A stretch of 35,150 nucleotides of DNA from Nemertoderma westbladi (Eukaryota; Animalia; Xenacoelomorpha), in NCBI GenBank assembly GCA_032718475.1, contig JAUCBJ010008765.1, positions 1 through 35,150 of the forward strand, in the 5' to 3' direction. Shown here in pieces: positions 1 to 11,472 of this stretch. The translations under genes and the position numbers were made by a program. A model generated the notes under the pieces. It was given only the letters and a program-made list of their open reading frames with translations, was not told where the DNA came from and made no database searches. Numbering within the stretch: the first letter of the stretch is position 1; each line of letters starts with the position of its first letter.

Positions 1-136
1 GGTGAATGGTCGCGCACGGATTGGTTTCGACTAGTGTAGTGAATCAAATACTTGTCATAGACTAAAAACTGATTTAATATCTAGAAGACATCTTAATTTG
101 GTGGGTTAAACTGCCAAAGGTCTGAAAGCGCGAACA
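1..136 (+). mobile_element. 3' end of a diverged LTR related to the BEL/Pao LTRs at 1031-2222 and 12438-13629 (solo LTR or 3' LTR, truncated by the window edge)
   Basis: Aligns with gaps to the reverse complement of ~1031-1178. Shared blocks include ggtgaatgg.cgcgcac, aaatacttgtcat, ggttaaactgc.aaaggtct and aaagcgcg.aca. Ends in CA at 136. Confidence 0.8.
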
Positions 137-1030
137 CTGCGTGTTAATGTTTTAGAATGCCGAATTTCGGTGTCCATCTTATATTTCGACCTTATGCAGA
201 TATGAAAACAACGTAATGGTACAATATGTTGGGGTTGGGGCGTTAATCGGTTTTAAGTTGATGTTCTATGAGACTTTCAGATTCTCGGTAATTTCTTATA
301 AACTGTTATGTTGTTGCATGACCTACTATAGATACGACCCGCTAAGCTGCTGCAAAGCCCCTAAATTTAGTGGGCCAGTTAATATTTCTCTTAGTTATAA
401 TCCCTGAAATAATAGGTCTAGCGCGTCGAAAGTACTTGTCCCTAACTAAAATTATGTCCTCTTTCAGGTGAGACAAATAAAAATTTAATAGCTCCAGTAG
501 ATTTCGAGATATGAGGAGTTCCTGGCACCCATGCCATATCAGCACCTTTCAGAATTGGAAAAAATACTCAAAATACACCACCCTTCAAAGACTTTGGTAT
601 AACCATACCTACTATGCTTTTTTGGTTTGTTAAATTCATTATTAGTAATCGAAAGTGAGATTAGAAGCAAAATTTAACCTTTTATTTTTTAATAGATGCT
701 AAAAGAGCATCAAAAGTGCAAGTAGCTCAAAATTTTCAAATAGCCAAAGGTGGTAAATTGACCCTGTAATTTAAAAACTGAGGTTTTTTGGCAATGGTTT
801 TATAAATTTGTGTTATTTTCGAAATGGCCAATGTTTCAGTTGGAATTTCGAAGTGCAGAAGTGCCAGTGAACTTGTACAGTACTTTATTTCAGTACCTAC
901 TGCAGTGAGCTGGTCCAGTACTTACGATACCTACCGGTACTATTTTACAGTACTGCACTTCCTTGGTAGGCCTACCGGTCTACGGCACGGATTGGTATGG
1001 CCATGGCTGCATAGTATAAAAGTCGCACTG

Positions 1031-2222
1031 TATACGCGCTTTTGAAGACCTTTAGCAGTTTAACCTGCCAAAATTTATATGTCTTTTGGTTTATAAATAG
1101 ACTTTAGTAAATGACAAGTATTTAATACCAATAAACACAACATTAGCCGAAGCCAGCCTAGTGCGCGTCCATTCACCCGCTGGATATACCCGGGAGACTG
1201 GATTCGGAGGGCTTAGATTGTTATTGCAGTGTAAGCTTACTGTATTATTCGATTGATCGTTAATAAATAATTTCTGACAAATATTATTCACTTTCGGGAA
1301 ATATTAACAGTTCCTTTAGGACGTGGCGCTCTATCTAGGTAAACAGAGATATGACTTATACTAAACACAACGGTAAGTCGGTAAGGCTTATGATTCACGT
1401 ATGAGGCGCATTCTTTAGGAAATGCTTAGTTATCAGCCACAATCATGCACACTATCGGTACCACACAATACTGCACACTAATCTGCCGACCGTCAATGAA
1501 TTTTATCATATATAAAGAGAACAGCAATTGACTCATGTAGTGCCTATCAAATAGCATTAAACTCACTACAAACCACGATAATATAAGTCGCAATCGCTAT
1601 ATGTAACCTGTCTCTCTAACCTGTAGTGTATCAAGAAAATTGGGAAATTTGGGTTCTTTATAGATGTTCTCCAAATAATAATATTCAACCAAAACACAAC
1701 AGTAAAAAGCATTAAGACGGTAGGGTAAGATTATAACAATATAAGATTGTACCGCTGCGCTACTGCGCTGATAAGACTGGACTGATAACAGTTATACGCT
1801 CTATAATCTAAGCCTACTAATGTTTCTTCTAAAGTCTGAAACGAATTGACTCTAGAGCCGGTGTTCTTGGCCTAGATAGAAACAACACAACTATCACAAG
1901 AAAAAACAGTAAGACCGAACACTCCTAGCATGATCTGTAGAATATCTCCCCATCGACAGTAAAAATCGCCCTGATTGGCTGTTGAGCTAAACAAAGAACC
2001 ATGTGTCCAATGGCCGTTTCCATGCCAGCAACCAGCTGTTAGATGTCGTAATCTGAATCATCAAGGCTACGCTGTGCTAGAGTATTTGACGCATTGCGGG
2101 TTTTATGCCTTACCATGTCCGCCAAAGCACACATATAGAAGAATGACTTTTATGTCCGTTAAAACACCTATAACGGTACTTTGCGGGCGAGGGGACTGAT
2201 TATATCCGCAAAAGCTTTTACA
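1031..2222 (-). repeat. 3' LTR (1192 bp)
   Basis: Direct repeat of 12438-13629 with about 8 substitutions counted by eye. Plus-strand ends are TA...CA; the other copy has TG...CA. Confidence 0.95.
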
Positions 2223-2230
2223 CCGCTCCC
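2223..2230 (-). other. Short polypurine tract-like sequence (GGGAGCGG) abutting the 3' LTR
   Basis: The minus strand reads ctGGGAGCGG|TGTAAAAGC, the expected PPT position for a minus-strand element. Confidence 0.55.
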
Positions 2231-2300
2231 AGAAAATGGGATTCAAGTCTATAAATATACAAAAATCACAGTTTCTAATATATGTAAATACTCTAAACAG

Positions 2301-3149
2301 TTAGTCTTTCTTGCGCGGACGGCGTTTACGCAGTTTTTTAAAGCTGGCCAGAGTCCTTTTCTCTTTGGGGCGAGCCACTTTACAAGGAGGGCTATAACTC
2401 CTGGGTGAAGGGTGCAATATGATTGCATCAGAGGGTGTAGGATTATGGTCGGTGTATCCGCCAGTCGAAGTACCGGGTTGATTGACATCAACGTCAGGGG
2501 AGAGGGGTCTAATGGCTTTGAGAGCGCGTTTTAAGACAGCCGCTCTTACGGGTCCTTTACGAGTGGTCTGAACGAGAGCCGTGGGTGGACCATAGGCAGT
2601 CAGAAACCTCCTGGGTTTAATGGTTCTTTCCAACTCGCGTTCGCGGGCTCGGTATTCGTAAGGCCGTCGATATACTTCCTGTAACTCGGGGTGTGAGTTA
2701 ACAAATAAGTCTCCATAGTCCGGATCCTGACGGATATAATTGATTAAGTTATAGGAATGAAGGTCGCTAGGATTAACACTCCTGAGAAATTTGCGTACGA
2801 ATTTGGTTGAAATACATTCTCCGACGCGCTTTAGTAGTTCGTAACTCGATATGCATGATTTCTGTTCGACCGAAGCGAATAGATAAGGATGGAACGCATA
2901 AACTCCTTCGTAAGCGCGTCCAGGATAATAACGATGGCGCGAATCACAATGTAAATCAGCGTTCGCTTCCCAAGCTCTGATGTAACGTAGTGTGATCATT
3001 TCATCTACGCTTTCCAAATCGTGATTAAAAGGGCAATCGAAACTGGCGTGTCCCTTTAGTTGACAATGGTGACATTGAGTCATAAATTGAGGGCAAACCG
3101 CAAAAATGTGCAAGTTATTGAGTCTGCAATACGCGCAATAAATTTCCAT
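2301..3149 (-). CDS. LTR-element accessory protein: tandem CCHC zinc knuckles at the N-terminus, basic NLS-like C-terminus
   Basis: Frame open 2301-3308. The likely ATG is at 3149 (MEIYCAYCRLNNLHIFAVCP...CHHCQLKGHASFDCP), giving 282 aa that end KKLRKRRPRKKD. No TM segment or signal peptide, so not env. Confidence 0.7.
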   Translation of the reverse strand: MEIYCAYCRLNNLHIFAVCPQFMTQCHHCQLKGHASFDCPFNHDLESVDEMITLRYIRAWEANADLHCDSRHRYYPGRAYEGVYAFHPYLFASVEQKSCISSYELLKRVGECISTKFVRKFLRSVNPSDLHSYNLINYIRQDPDYGDLFVNSHPELQEVYRRPYEYRARERELERTIKPRRFLTAYGPPTALVQTTRKGPVRAAVLKRALKAIRPLSPDVDVNQPGTSTGGYTDHNPTPSDAIILHPSPRSYSPPCKVARPKEKRTLASFKKLRKRRPRKKD

Positions 3150-3381
3150 CGCCAGTTGTTCGTGGAAATAGGAACAGCGGACGTTTGTGTCCTTCAGTTT
3201 GTTGGTTGGGTCTAGGGCATTCGTCACAATGACACCAAAGACGTACATCCTGTAGAGGAAACGCGGGTGATCGTTCTCCAGTTTTGCAATATTCTTCCAT
3301 TTGTTCAAAAACTATCCGGGATAACAGGTAGTGGACGATCGGCGGTAAGATACATCATAGTGAAATAGAGCCGTTTGAGTT

Positions 3382-3894
3382 CTACCATGGGTTCATGATG
3401 TATACCTTGAGGATATAGAGTCTCGAGGTTCTGCTGACTGGCGATGTTGAGATAGGTTTCTCCCAAAATTCCAGGTAGTCGTTGAAGTCGATGCGTTTAT
3501 CCGGTTCTTCAACGTTTTCTCTTTCCAGTCTGTTACGAATAGAATTTTCGTGTTCTATTCTCGGTTTATCGTTACGACTCCGCTGGGTATGATATTTAAA
3601 TAGAACCATTTCCCTTTCGGTGTCTACATCGTCCGTATCATGCAAGTCGATAGGATGGCCGGTAGTTAAGAAGTCCATATACGTACCATTACGATGCGTA
3701 TAGCGAGCGGTGAATTTTCGATAGTCCAATTCACGCGTAAGTTGCTCTTGGGACATCGGCGGTTCGATATAACAACCATCGTCCTCCGTAATGGTTGGAT
3801 CGGCTTCACCGCGTATCAAGCTATCCACAAATGCTTGTAAAGGTAGAGTATATCGCTCCATGATACCAAGATCATCTTCTATCAACTCCGTCAT
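3382..3894 (-). CDS. LTR-element accessory ORF of unknown function (170 aa), possibly extending by two frameshifts to 3115
   Basis: ATG-initiated ORF with protein-like composition. Adjacent frames continue as ETYLNIASQQ...PVIPDSF (~3460-3307) and then FEQMEEYCK...VLQTQ (to 3115). Confidence 0.55.
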   Translation of the reverse strand: MTELIEDDLGIMERYTLPLQAFVDSLIRGEADPTITEDDGCYIEPPMSQEQLTRELDYRKFTARYTHRNGTYMDFLTTGHPIDLHDTDDVDTEREMVLFKYHTQRSRNDKPRIEHENSIRNRLERENVEEPDKRIDFNDYLEFWEKPISTSPVSRTSRLYILKVYIMNPW

Positions 3895-4712
3895 ATCTGC
3901 TATTTGGGTTTATTAATATTATAATGAGTTTATGTTTAGGCGAGCGGGCGTCGCTGCCTACCTTTCTTTGCCCCCGGACAGTGGGATTCTCAGCGCCGAT
4001 GTACCATCGTCGCGGTGTTTACGCCAACATGTAGCAACAGCACAACAATGATAACCGGCACAAGTCACTCCACTGTCCGTCCCAAAGGCTTGAATCCACT
4101 TTAGGTTCTTTCTATAGGAGAGTTGGGCTACTTTCACAATTGCGACTAGCTACTGTAAACATACTTTAGCAGTAACATTCACCTATAAACGCACAAATTC
4201 CACACAACTGTCACCAATTGTACACATACAGGCCATTTGTCCGTTAGTCAGTGCCTTCCAGAATGTCACGTTATTACTGTGTATCTTTGGATACTAACAG
4301 TGTGCTATGCATTCTCTATGCTATGCAATGGGACAAGCTTTCTATTGTTCTTTTAACTTGCTTCTAATTCTAGCGTGGTTGTTGCTATGGTGACATTATG
4401 GAAAGCTAGCGGTAGAATTAGGGTAATTCTCATGCATACAGATCTGGAATGCTATTTAATAGTAATTCTTTAATTGTCAATATCCTCTTTATGCATGATT
4501 TTATTAATTTTATCAGCTATTGACTATATGTTGGAGATTCTCGCACTCTAATACACTCAATAGGATGAATATCCGCTCCCATGATCTATTAATTTATGGA
4601 ATTTTGGGAATGTTATAAATTGCACAAAACGACAATTTATGAAATTCATTTAAAATATGAATTTAAATTTATTCCCGTGAATTTTATTATTTGATGTTAA
4701 AATTGACACAAT

Positions 4713-4975
4713 TTTTATTCCAGAGCATGTCTGGGGACTGAGGATCCTGAATTCTATAAAATTGTCTTTTAAGAGTATCGGTAAGTGCTGCGATATCTTA
4801 ATTGACTAGAAATTTTAAAGGATCTGAATTTTACAGATTTTAATAAATATTAAATTAATATTTAAGATGGGCACCGATTTATTCCAGAACTTGTCTGGGG
4901 ACGTTAACCACTGATTCTAGAATTTGTCTTTCAAGTATATCGGTGGGTGCCGCGATATCTTAATCGACTAGAATT
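4713..4975. repeat. Diverged tandem duplication (~165-bp period) in the LTR element's internal non-coding region
   Basis: tttattccaga...gtctggggac...ttgtcttt.aag..tatcggt..gtgc.gcgatatcttaat.gactagaa occurs at ~4713 and ~4878. Confidence 0.8.
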
Positions 4976-5523
4976 ACAGATGGTCAAAAGGTTTAACAGA
5001 TTTATTTGCGTTTTACGCTACTGTTAGAGGGACATCACGCTACTATATGTATTATTTAATATAAGGTAGAAGAGCAATATCGCACGAAGCAATGTCAGTG
5101 TGAAGAGGCAAGTCGTTTCCAAGGTCTACCCAGAGCTTGGTTTAGCCGAGACACGAGGATCTGAACTTTGCATTCCTAATACTCTGCCTACCAATAATAC
5201 TTAAGTATAGTAGGAGCTTTATTGTACTTTAATAAGTACGGACATTTCATCTTACTGTAGTCACGTATTTATAATATGATACGGACAGTAAGGAAAGAGA
5301 AAAAATAATTATTTCTCGCCGTCGCACTAAATATATTATAAGTAATTACGTACGTAATAAACACTAATATATTGCACTAATCTACTAAATAATCACTAAA
5401 ATAACATTCTACTAAATAAAATTAAAGGAAACGATTATAATAAAATTACATAATAATACATACATAAATATAAAATAAAAACAAATATAAAATGATATAG
5501 TCACACGCCCACTCCATATGTTA

Positions 5524-8500
5524 TTACGTTATGGAGTCCCTAGATATTTGTCGGATTAGGGAAGTGGTCGTAGGAAGAGTATCTTGCCTTCCATAGTTTC
5601 CGGACAGTTTTCGGTCTCTTTCCAGTAAACATAAACGACTAGCTGGGCGATTGAGTTGTTGTGTTACTTTCTCCGCTCCCTTGGCCTGTCTAATCTCCGC
5701 CGTGGTAAGATGAGGAGGCCATTCTTCTTCTTCTTTACTTAAGAAGTCGGATCCACCTAACCAGCCTGGAGTATCTATCAGTTCTTGAGGAGTTGCTCCT
5801 CTGGAAGCGATGTCGGCTGGATTAATCGTCCCAAGGCAATGTCTCCATTGATCTACATTGGAGTTAATATCGTCATTATCTGAGGAGTATGGTGTTCCCT
5901 CAGTTGGATCGTCCACATCACTGCTCTCCACTTCCCATTCCTTTACTTGGTATACCTGTTGTTGAGGTAATCTCTCTTTGAGAGTTCTACGGGAAGGGCC
6001 AGTGAAGTACCAACCTACTCTAGTTCTTACCGCATAGGTTTGTAGTGGCTGCGGTTGAGCAGGCCGTTTCTCCAATGTCTCGAGCGCCTCATGCGCGTTT
6101 TGGCCGATGAGTATTTGCACTCCAGGATAATCTGTCTGGAATCGAGGTATCTTAAGCTGTTGGATGCTCTCGTCCTCGTCCCAGTTATAAGGTTCTACTT
6201 GGGTAGTAGCGAAGTTCTTTATAGCCACCATTTTTACTGACCTTATACTTTGTGCTCCTAATTTATCCTGGGGGGTGGACAACGCACCTACATAGTAATC
6301 TGCCGTTATGGTAGATTTCCAAACCTGCATAATTCCGGACATATTCAACTTAGTTTGGAATTTGGGTTGTCCAGCAAAGATATCTTCGGCTAGTTCTTGA
6401 TCGATGAATGTTCCTGTGCTGCCGGAGTCAAGGAGGGCGTTCACTATGTAACTTTTGGTAGGACCGTGAACTCTTACCTGCACTACAGGAAATTCTCTGA
6501 TTCCTACGTTGGAAGTTGGAGCTTTCCAAGATGGTTGTCTGTCAAAGGTAGTTGGGGGGAACTCATTGTCGGTGTCCTTTTCGTAAGTAAGTGCTCGATA
6601 CACCGCGGTATTGATTAGGTAACAGGATTCGTTGGCGTCGGAGAATTCGTCAGTATAGAATCCTTCCATCTCAGACTCTTGATCAGTGTCATTTACATCA
6701 CTGAATTGGACATGTAGTTCGGGCTCACTTACCTGACTCGGGTTGTTTCGTTCGAATTCACTGTGTAACAAGATGTGATGTTTCGCACCGCACTTTGCAC
6801 ACCTTACGTCGGAGTAACAGGTTCGCCGTTGGTGTCCTTGTCTGAGGCAATTATAGCATAACCGCTTATCCCACATGACTTCACGTCTGTCTACCAGGGA
6901 TTTCTTTAGGAATTCAGCACACACACTCAAACGGTGGGGCCCGTCGCACAGCGCACATTTTGGTTTGATGTTACTCACTTTACCTTGGGTAACGTTATGC
7001 ACTCTCGTTCTTTCTTCGGGCTTTCTTCCGTGAATTCTCTTAGGAGACGTAGGAGGAGTTGTTGTTACCTGTTCTCTCCTGTCACTGGTTCGAGACTTAT
7101 ATTTACTTACGTCTTTATAGGTCTTGTTGTCATAGTAAGATTTTGCTGTGTCTTTCCCGCTGTCCTCTTCTTGAGAAGCTTGGCTTTCGCCGTCGTCAGT
7201 ATAACACACTGGTATTATCCTTCTCCTAGAAACGGGTTTCTCACTTACCTTATTTTCCGATGTTTTCTCTCTGGACTGCTTTATGAGTTGTAATTTTACT
7301 TCACTATCTAAGAAGGACATGAGATCAGCCATGGTAGGGCTTCGTCGTTGCTGCTCATTCATATACAACACTTTCTTGTCCCAGCGTGTACATACTCCAC
7401 CCTTTGGTAAAGTAGAGACTACGGCTCCAATAACCATGGAACTCTGATATTCATGAGACTTACCTAACCAGTCCAATTGTCTACAGATCTCCTGAATCTC
7501 ATCGGAAAACTCTATAATCCCGCTACTAAGAAAGTTTCGGGGGGCTACTAATTTTGCATACAAATACTTAGCTATGTTATCCTTGTTACCATACCTGATG
7601 TTTAATGTATCCCAGACTTGTCTTAATCCATCTGGATGTCCAATAAACTTTAACGCCATTAACTTGGGAGGTCCTTCCAAGCACTTGATGAGGAATCTAA
7701 GTTTCTCTCCGTTAGATAGTACAGAGTTCTGTATGCTATCTTTGTAATATTCATTGAAAGGTAACCATTTCATCTCATCTCCATTGAATTTAACGATCTC
7801 TCCCACTTTGACCGCTTGGCGGGCTTCTGTTCTAGCCATCTGACGCGTAAAGCTTTCTTGGGCCATCGTGTTATTTAATATCGAATTATCGGTATATAAA
7901 TTTCTCGGATCATTATCAGGTCTATAGGGAATATCATTAACAACAGGTTTATAATCACCCTTATTAGGGTTTGCTATAGGAGTTTCTACTTCACTAGCAG
8001 TATAGATGCGTGTAGGCTCCACACCTTGCGCATGTAATACTTCAGACCTAACAGGTTGACACAATGTTACTGGGGGTATTGGTATACCCTTTTGTATATT
8101 GACTAATTTGTCGCGTTCTAGCGCGATGCTTTGTTGCACTTCTTGCAATTCTGCCCTACTTTTCCTTACTGTTCCCTTAAGTTGGTGGACAGTCTTCTGC
8201 ATCTGTCCGAGCAGGAGATTCATCCCCCGCCGTCCCTCCTCTACCCACTCGACCGCCGAAGCGGGAGTCGCCAACATTGTAGCGGGCTGACGCGGGACAA
8301 CGGGAGACAAATCTTTGATTTCTCTCTCAGAGTCCAGGACAGGGATTTTCTCATGGACTGTTCTACCGGGTACAGGCAGTGTAGTACTGTGTAAAGGGAA
8401 TTTAGAGTTAAGCTCTGGAAGTACAGGGGTCTCTAGCACAGGAGTGGTTTTGGGAACGACAGGCCTAATTATTTCAGGCTCATCAACTATGGTAGGGAGT

Positions 8501-10131
8501 CTTTTGACCTTAATAATTTGGTCTGCGGGTTCTGTACTACCTAAGTCTGTGCTAGCTAGTTGTCTTCTAACCGCTGGGGGCAAATCAGGCAATTTGTGAC
8601 GGTGAGATGTTTTTCTACGCCTGCTTAGACGAGATCTATTTCCTCCGCCTTCAGGATCGGTGGTCTCGCCTTCCTCCGATGATGTGTATCCTTGCCGTTT
8701 GGGAGTAGATCGACTCATCATCTGCATTTGACTAGCAGTTAACTGTTTATTTATGCAGTCTTGCGTCTCTTGCAGATTTTCCAACTCCAGTTGGGTAGTC
8801 TCCTCAGACGCTCTCCGTTCTGCTTCTGCCACTGCCCTTGTTGCTGCCACAGCCGCTTTTCTTTCCGCTTCTGCTTCCGCCATTGCCGTTGCTACAGTCG
8901 CTTTTCTTTCCGCTTCTGCCTCCGCCATTGCCGCTGCTACTGCCGTTGCCTTTCTGTCTTCTATCCGCCTTTTCTTTACTTGTTCTTCTTGGGCTCTAGC
9001 TATGCGGAGACGTTCATCAAATTTAGCTTGGTTTGCAGCTAGCATTTCAATATCGATTGCGTCCAACACATGCTTGGCTCCTTCACTATTAGGGGAAAGT
9101 CCAGACAGCCGTCTCCTCAACTCTTCGTCTCCTAGGAATCGCTGATAGTCGGACAGATAAATGTCAATAGCGTCTCTAGAGGGCGGCTTCTCTGATGCTG
9201 TCTCTTCGCTTTCCACTTGAGAAAGGGTGGCATCGGTTGGTTCTTCATAGGTTGGTCTCTCAGCCAGCTGGGATTTCCACTGGGCCGTTTCTTGAACTTT
9301 GAGACCTACCCGCTGGAACCAAGTCTTGACAGCAACTTGCAGCGACGTGTCCTGTCTTCTTTTAGAAGTTTCCTCAAAGGCTGATAGGATTAGTCTAATG
9401 CGTAGGGTTCTTTCGCGTACTTGATAAAGCAGCTCTTCCTGCTCTTGAGGTCCTTGGGGTTGTCGAAACAGTTGTTCTTCTAATCGCTCTAAGGAGCCGA
9501 AGAATCCCTGCACATATCCTGCTGCCGACCTCTTCCAAACAGCTGGATCCATCGTATCTTTAGTCACTCCCATCCTGTGTATGTCTTCCCAAGTAGCTTC
9601 GGACAAATCTAACGGGAGTCCGGGTCCGGGAAAGTTCCATTGTGACTCGACAATAGACATCAATTCTTCCCTGGCGTATCCCGCATAACTATCTTGGGTC
9701 GCTCGCTTACTTCTCGCCCAATCGACTTGGTGTTCCTCCACCGCAATCAATATAGTAGTTAGTACTGCGGCAGGAAGGGTGAGAAGGGGATCCGAGTAGG
9801 CTGTAGCCGCCATCTGCACTCCGCGTTCGGGGGTCAGCTCTACAGTATCCGAACTACTGGAGCTATCGGGTCGCTGGGAACAAGTTTCTTGACTAGGATG
9901 TTGCTGCTGTTGGACAGCTGCTTCCTGGTTCCGTTTGACTTGGGCCCGAGTGCCGATGATAGACCTACGGTGTTGGATTAGCCTAGGGTCTGATACTACT
10001 ACTGGAGGGATGACCTTTCTTTCAGTAGGAGGTGAGCTGAACCCCTTTCTTAATCGCTCCACACTCCTATCTGTGTCACAGATGGTTGTATCGATTAGAC
10101 TGTCTGACAGGTTTTGCTGGGTGTCAGACAT
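5524..10131 (-). CDS. gag: BEL/Pao Gag-aspartic protease polyprotein (1535 aa) with only short RNase H and integrase C-terminal remnants
   Basis: Coiled coil, then a DUF1759-like Gag core (KFNGDEMKWLPF...EKLRFLIKCLEG...WDTLNIRYGN). Three BEL-type knuckles: CALCDGPHRLSVC, CYNCLRQGHQRRTC, CAKCGAKHHILLH. Protease ALLDSGST...ILIG. Then QWRH...NPADIASRG...WLGG.DFL...WP (end of RNase H) and RPASRLCLLE (end of integrase). Confidence 0.92.
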   Translation of the reverse strand: MSDTQQNLSDSLIDTTICDTDRSVERLRKGFSSPPTERKVIPPVVVSDPRLIQHRRSIIGTRAQVKRNQEAAVQQQQHPSQETCSQRPDSSSSSDTVELTPERGVQMAATAYSDPLLTLPAAVLTTILIAVEEHQVDWARSKRATQDSYAGYAREELMSIVESQWNFPGPGLPLDLSEATWEDIHRMGVTKDTMDPAVWKRSAAGYVQGFFGSLERLEEQLFRQPQGPQEQEELLYQVRERTLRIRLILSAFEETSKRRQDTSLQVAVKTWFQRVGLKVQETAQWKSQLAERPTYEEPTDATLSQVESEETASEKPPSRDAIDIYLSDYQRFLGDEELRRRLSGLSPNSEGAKHVLDAIDIEMLAANQAKFDERLRIARAQEEQVKKRRIEDRKATAVAAAMAEAEAERKATVATAMAEAEAERKAAVAATRAVAEAERRASEETTQLELENLQETQDCINKQLTASQMQMMSRSTPKRQGYTSSEEGETTDPEGGGNRSRLSRRRKTSHRHKLPDLPPAVRRQLASTDLGSTEPADQIIKVKRLPTIVDEPEIIRPVVPKTTPVLETPVLPELNSKFPLHSTTLPVPGRTVHEKIPVLDSEREIKDLSPVVPRQPATMLATPASAVEWVEEGRRGMNLLLGQMQKTVHQLKGTVRKSRAELQEVQQSIALERDKLVNIQKGIPIPPVTLCQPVRSEVLHAQGVEPTRIYTASEVETPIANPNKGDYKPVVNDIPYRPDNDPRNLYTDNSILNNTMAQESFTRQMARTEARQAVKVGEIVKFNGDEMKWLPFNEYYKDSIQNSVLSNGEKLRFLIKCLEGPPKLMALKFIGHPDGLRQVWDTLNIRYGNKDNIAKYLYAKLVAPRNFLSSGIIEFSDEIQEICRQLDWLGKSHEYQSSMVIGAVVSTLPKGGVCTRWDKKVLYMNEQQRRSPTMADLMSFLDSEVKLQLIKQSREKTSENKVSEKPVSRRRIIPVCYTDDGESQASQEEDSGKDTAKSYYDNKTYKDVSKYKSRTSDRREQVTTTPPTSPKRIHGRKPEERTRVHNVTQGKVSNIKPKCALCDGPHRLSVCAEFLKKSLVDRREVMWDKRLCYNCLRQGHQRRTCYSDVRCAKCGAKHHILLHSEFERNNPSQVSEPELHVQFSDVNDTDQESEMEGFYTDEFSDANESCYLINTAVYRALTYEKDTDNEFPPTTFDRQPSWKAPTSNVGIREFPVVQVRVHGPTKSYIVNALLDSGSTGTFIDQELAEDIFAGQPKFQTKLNMSGIMQVWKSTITADYYVGALSTPQDKLGAQSIRSVKMVAIKNFATTQVEPYNWDEDESIQQLKIPRFQTDYPGVQILIGQNAHEALETLEKRPAQPQPLQTYAVRTRVGWYFTGPSRRTLKERLPQQQVYQVKEWEVESSDVDDPTEGTPYSSDNDDINSNVDQWRHCLGTINPADIASRGATPQELIDTPGWLGGSDFLSKEEEEWPPHLTTAEIRQAKGAEKVTQQLNRPASRLCLLERDRKLSGNYGRQDTLPTTTSLIRQISRDSIT

Positions 10132-11472
10132 GTTTAGCTATACAGTTGAATGCTTACTGCTATAGTTACAGTTAAAGCAAGTCTAGTAATTCAGTATGAC
10201 CGTTGGCCTAGTACCGGTAATTTATTACAGTATATTAGAATACCGGTATACACTTATAATATATAGAAGTATTGTAAACTAGGTTTGTCACAGAGTACCG
10301 GTATATAATTTTAGCACAAATATATATAAATATATAATAGGCCTATCGTGAATACCGGTATACAGCCTACACTTATAGTATATAAGTATAATTTCTGGAC
10401 TAGAATTAAATACAGAATACCGGTATAATTTCAGCCTACATTTATAGAAATAAAGATAATAGGCCTATCGTAAATACCGGTATATCAATTATTTAAATAA
10501 TTGAATTTCTGAATTTTAAAGGTTACTTAGTTACTTTAACTTACTTTATTACCGTTATTTAAGCAGTAGTCCAACTGATATTGAGACCTAGTTGTTGTAT
10601 GGCAGGCCTACTATTTATAAATCGTTTGAGTTGATTTATAATATATATATACCCGTTTAAAATGGGTTTTGTCAATATTTGAAATAAATGTTATTATTTC
10701 TGGGGGAGTCACTACACAGAAGCTGTGCGCTCTCAGTGAAGTGCTACTTGTTGGACACTAAAACAGATAATTCTAATTTACCTAAGTTACTTAATACTAC
10801 AAATTACGTACGATACGGGTGAGATTAATTCTCTAATTAAAACACAACAAAATATTACGTATGAAATTTTAGGGTAATTTTACAGGGAAGTCTACAAACC
10901 AGTCTAACAAAGGGTTAGAATTCTGGTTATTACAACGGACAGGATACTACGGTATTTGAAAATAATAAGTAGTAGTAAATATATTACGCTGTCCAGATAG
11001 GAAAATACCACCGCCTCGACCTAGCCGATATCGCTATAGGTACTACGTTATGTATCACGGAGTGTTCCTACCTGGAAGTTAATTACCGAGGACTACCAGA
11101 TCCAACGTGCCTATTAACCACTTTACAACACAATACACTGCCTACACACTAATTACTTTCGGAAAGTACTGTACACTAAACCCTAAATTAGGTACAAGTA
11201 CTTATTAAAACAGATAACTAGCAGTTAAATATACTTGAACAGTTAAAAGAACCACGGCATCTGCTGGAGTGACCAGAGCACAAAGTCACCAGTCTTTACC
11301 TACGCCAAGCAGCCCGTGTAGTACCGGGGTTAATTTAACTATAACGGTATGTGTAACAAGCACAATTACTGTAGGAATAAACTTGGGGACATGAATGTTG
11401 CGAATAATCGCATAAACTCTGAATAATAAATATTACGCTACCCGTACAGAATACTCAAACAAAATACAAACC

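Noticed and set aside
1091-2199. Short ORFs duplicated at 12498 and 13382
   Set aside because: They recur only because they lie in the LTRs; non-ATG starts and no domains.
4330-4530. Protein-like minus-strand frame (IADKINKIMHKEDIDN*ELLLNSIPDLY...) in the LTR internal region
   Set aside because: Many stops and no recognisable motif; cannot be told from AT-rich noise.
6055-10165. Plus-strand ORFs of 61-130 aa
   Set aside because: Antisense shadows of gag-PR with no motifs.
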